From Clostridiales bacterium (GTDB lineage Bacteria; Bacillota; Clostridia; Christensenellales; Borkfalkiaceae), in contig SVHT01000003.1 of assembly GCA_015055615.1 (NCBI GenBank), forward strand, positions 59,669-123,668: a stretch of DNA of 64,000 bases, read 5' to 3'. Both the position numbers and the translations under genes were made by a program. The notes beneath the pieces are model-generated. The model saw nothing but the letters and a program-made list of their open reading frames with translations, was not told where the DNA came from and ran no database searches. Below, piece after piece: positions 63,637 through 64,000 of the stretch (position 1 is its first letter; every line of letters begins with the position of its first letter).

Positions 63637-64000
63637 ATGTCTTTTTATTCCAACTTTCAATCGGACAGATGCCCCGGCGCGCTCACGGGCAATCCCATCA
63701 ACGGTTTGACGGAAAAGGTTTGTATTCAGGCGGAAAAAATCTTTGACGCTTGTATCAAACAGAGCCAAATGGAAAGCTATACGCTCACGCTCACCGATCT
63801 GACGCCTGCCGATCCTACATATCCCTTGACCTTTGTTTCCGCGCGCTCGGTAAGTAGCGAAGCCACCGTTTCGGGGCTGGTTATCGAACGGCAAACGGAT
63901 AGGCCTTGCGCGCGTGTGCAAGCCACGGTTTCTATCCCTCTCGAAGTCCTTTACACCGACGCTACGGGCGCGGACGGGAGCGCAACGGCGGTGGTTTCCA
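63637..64000 (+). CDS. Hypothetical protein, 5' part (runs off window end)
   Basis: ACAGGAGG RBS 6 nt before the ATG at 63637. The frame stays open to the window end (MSFYSNFQSDRCPGALTGNPINGLTEKVCIQAEKIFDACIKQ...). It is not in the ORF track because it is incomplete. Confidence 0.5.
   Translation, partial: MSFYSNFQSDRCPGALTGNPINGLTEKVCIQAEKIFDACIKQSQMESYTLTLTDLTPADPTYPLTFVSARSVSSEATVSGLVIERQTDRPCARVQATVSIPLEVLYTDATGADGSATAVVS

Overview
This window looks like a chromosomal segment of a spore-forming Firmicute (Clostridia-like), with G+C a little above 50% by eye. Most of it is syntenic housekeeping and sporulation genes. These include uppP, csp, lgt, galK, cca, rpsF-ssb-rpsR, recX-birA-nnr, nadD/yqeK-rsfS, mrnC-rlmB-sigH, dnaX-ybaB-recR, gpsA, murG, tyrS and pgi. 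The sporulation genes are spoVAC/AD/AEB, yunB, spoIIE, spoVB and a cwlD-like amidase. No CRISPR array, rRNA, integrase or transposase is visible. Seven things stand out:
1. A low-GC segment sits directly 3' of a solitary tRNA-Arg(ACG). It carries an orphan AT-rich protein, a BspA-type LRR ORF with perfect 633-bp tandem repeats, and a collagen-like protein.
2. A GC-rich, structured 133-bp intergenic element is present as a 3.3-copy tandem array upstream of a phosphoglucomutase gene, with a shorter relative at the window start.
3. The spoVAC-spoVAD genes are separated from spoVAEB by about 10 kb of glycan and hexuronate catabolism genes.
4. A mazF toxin gene has no recognisable antitoxin.
5. A 1001-aa membrane-anchored repeat protein of unknown function lies upstream of rpsF.
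6. A DeoC-fold protein lacks the catalytic lysines.
7. There are several gene fusions and clear promoter/operator palindromes.
All functional calls rest on by-eye motif recognition in the supplied translations. No database search was run.
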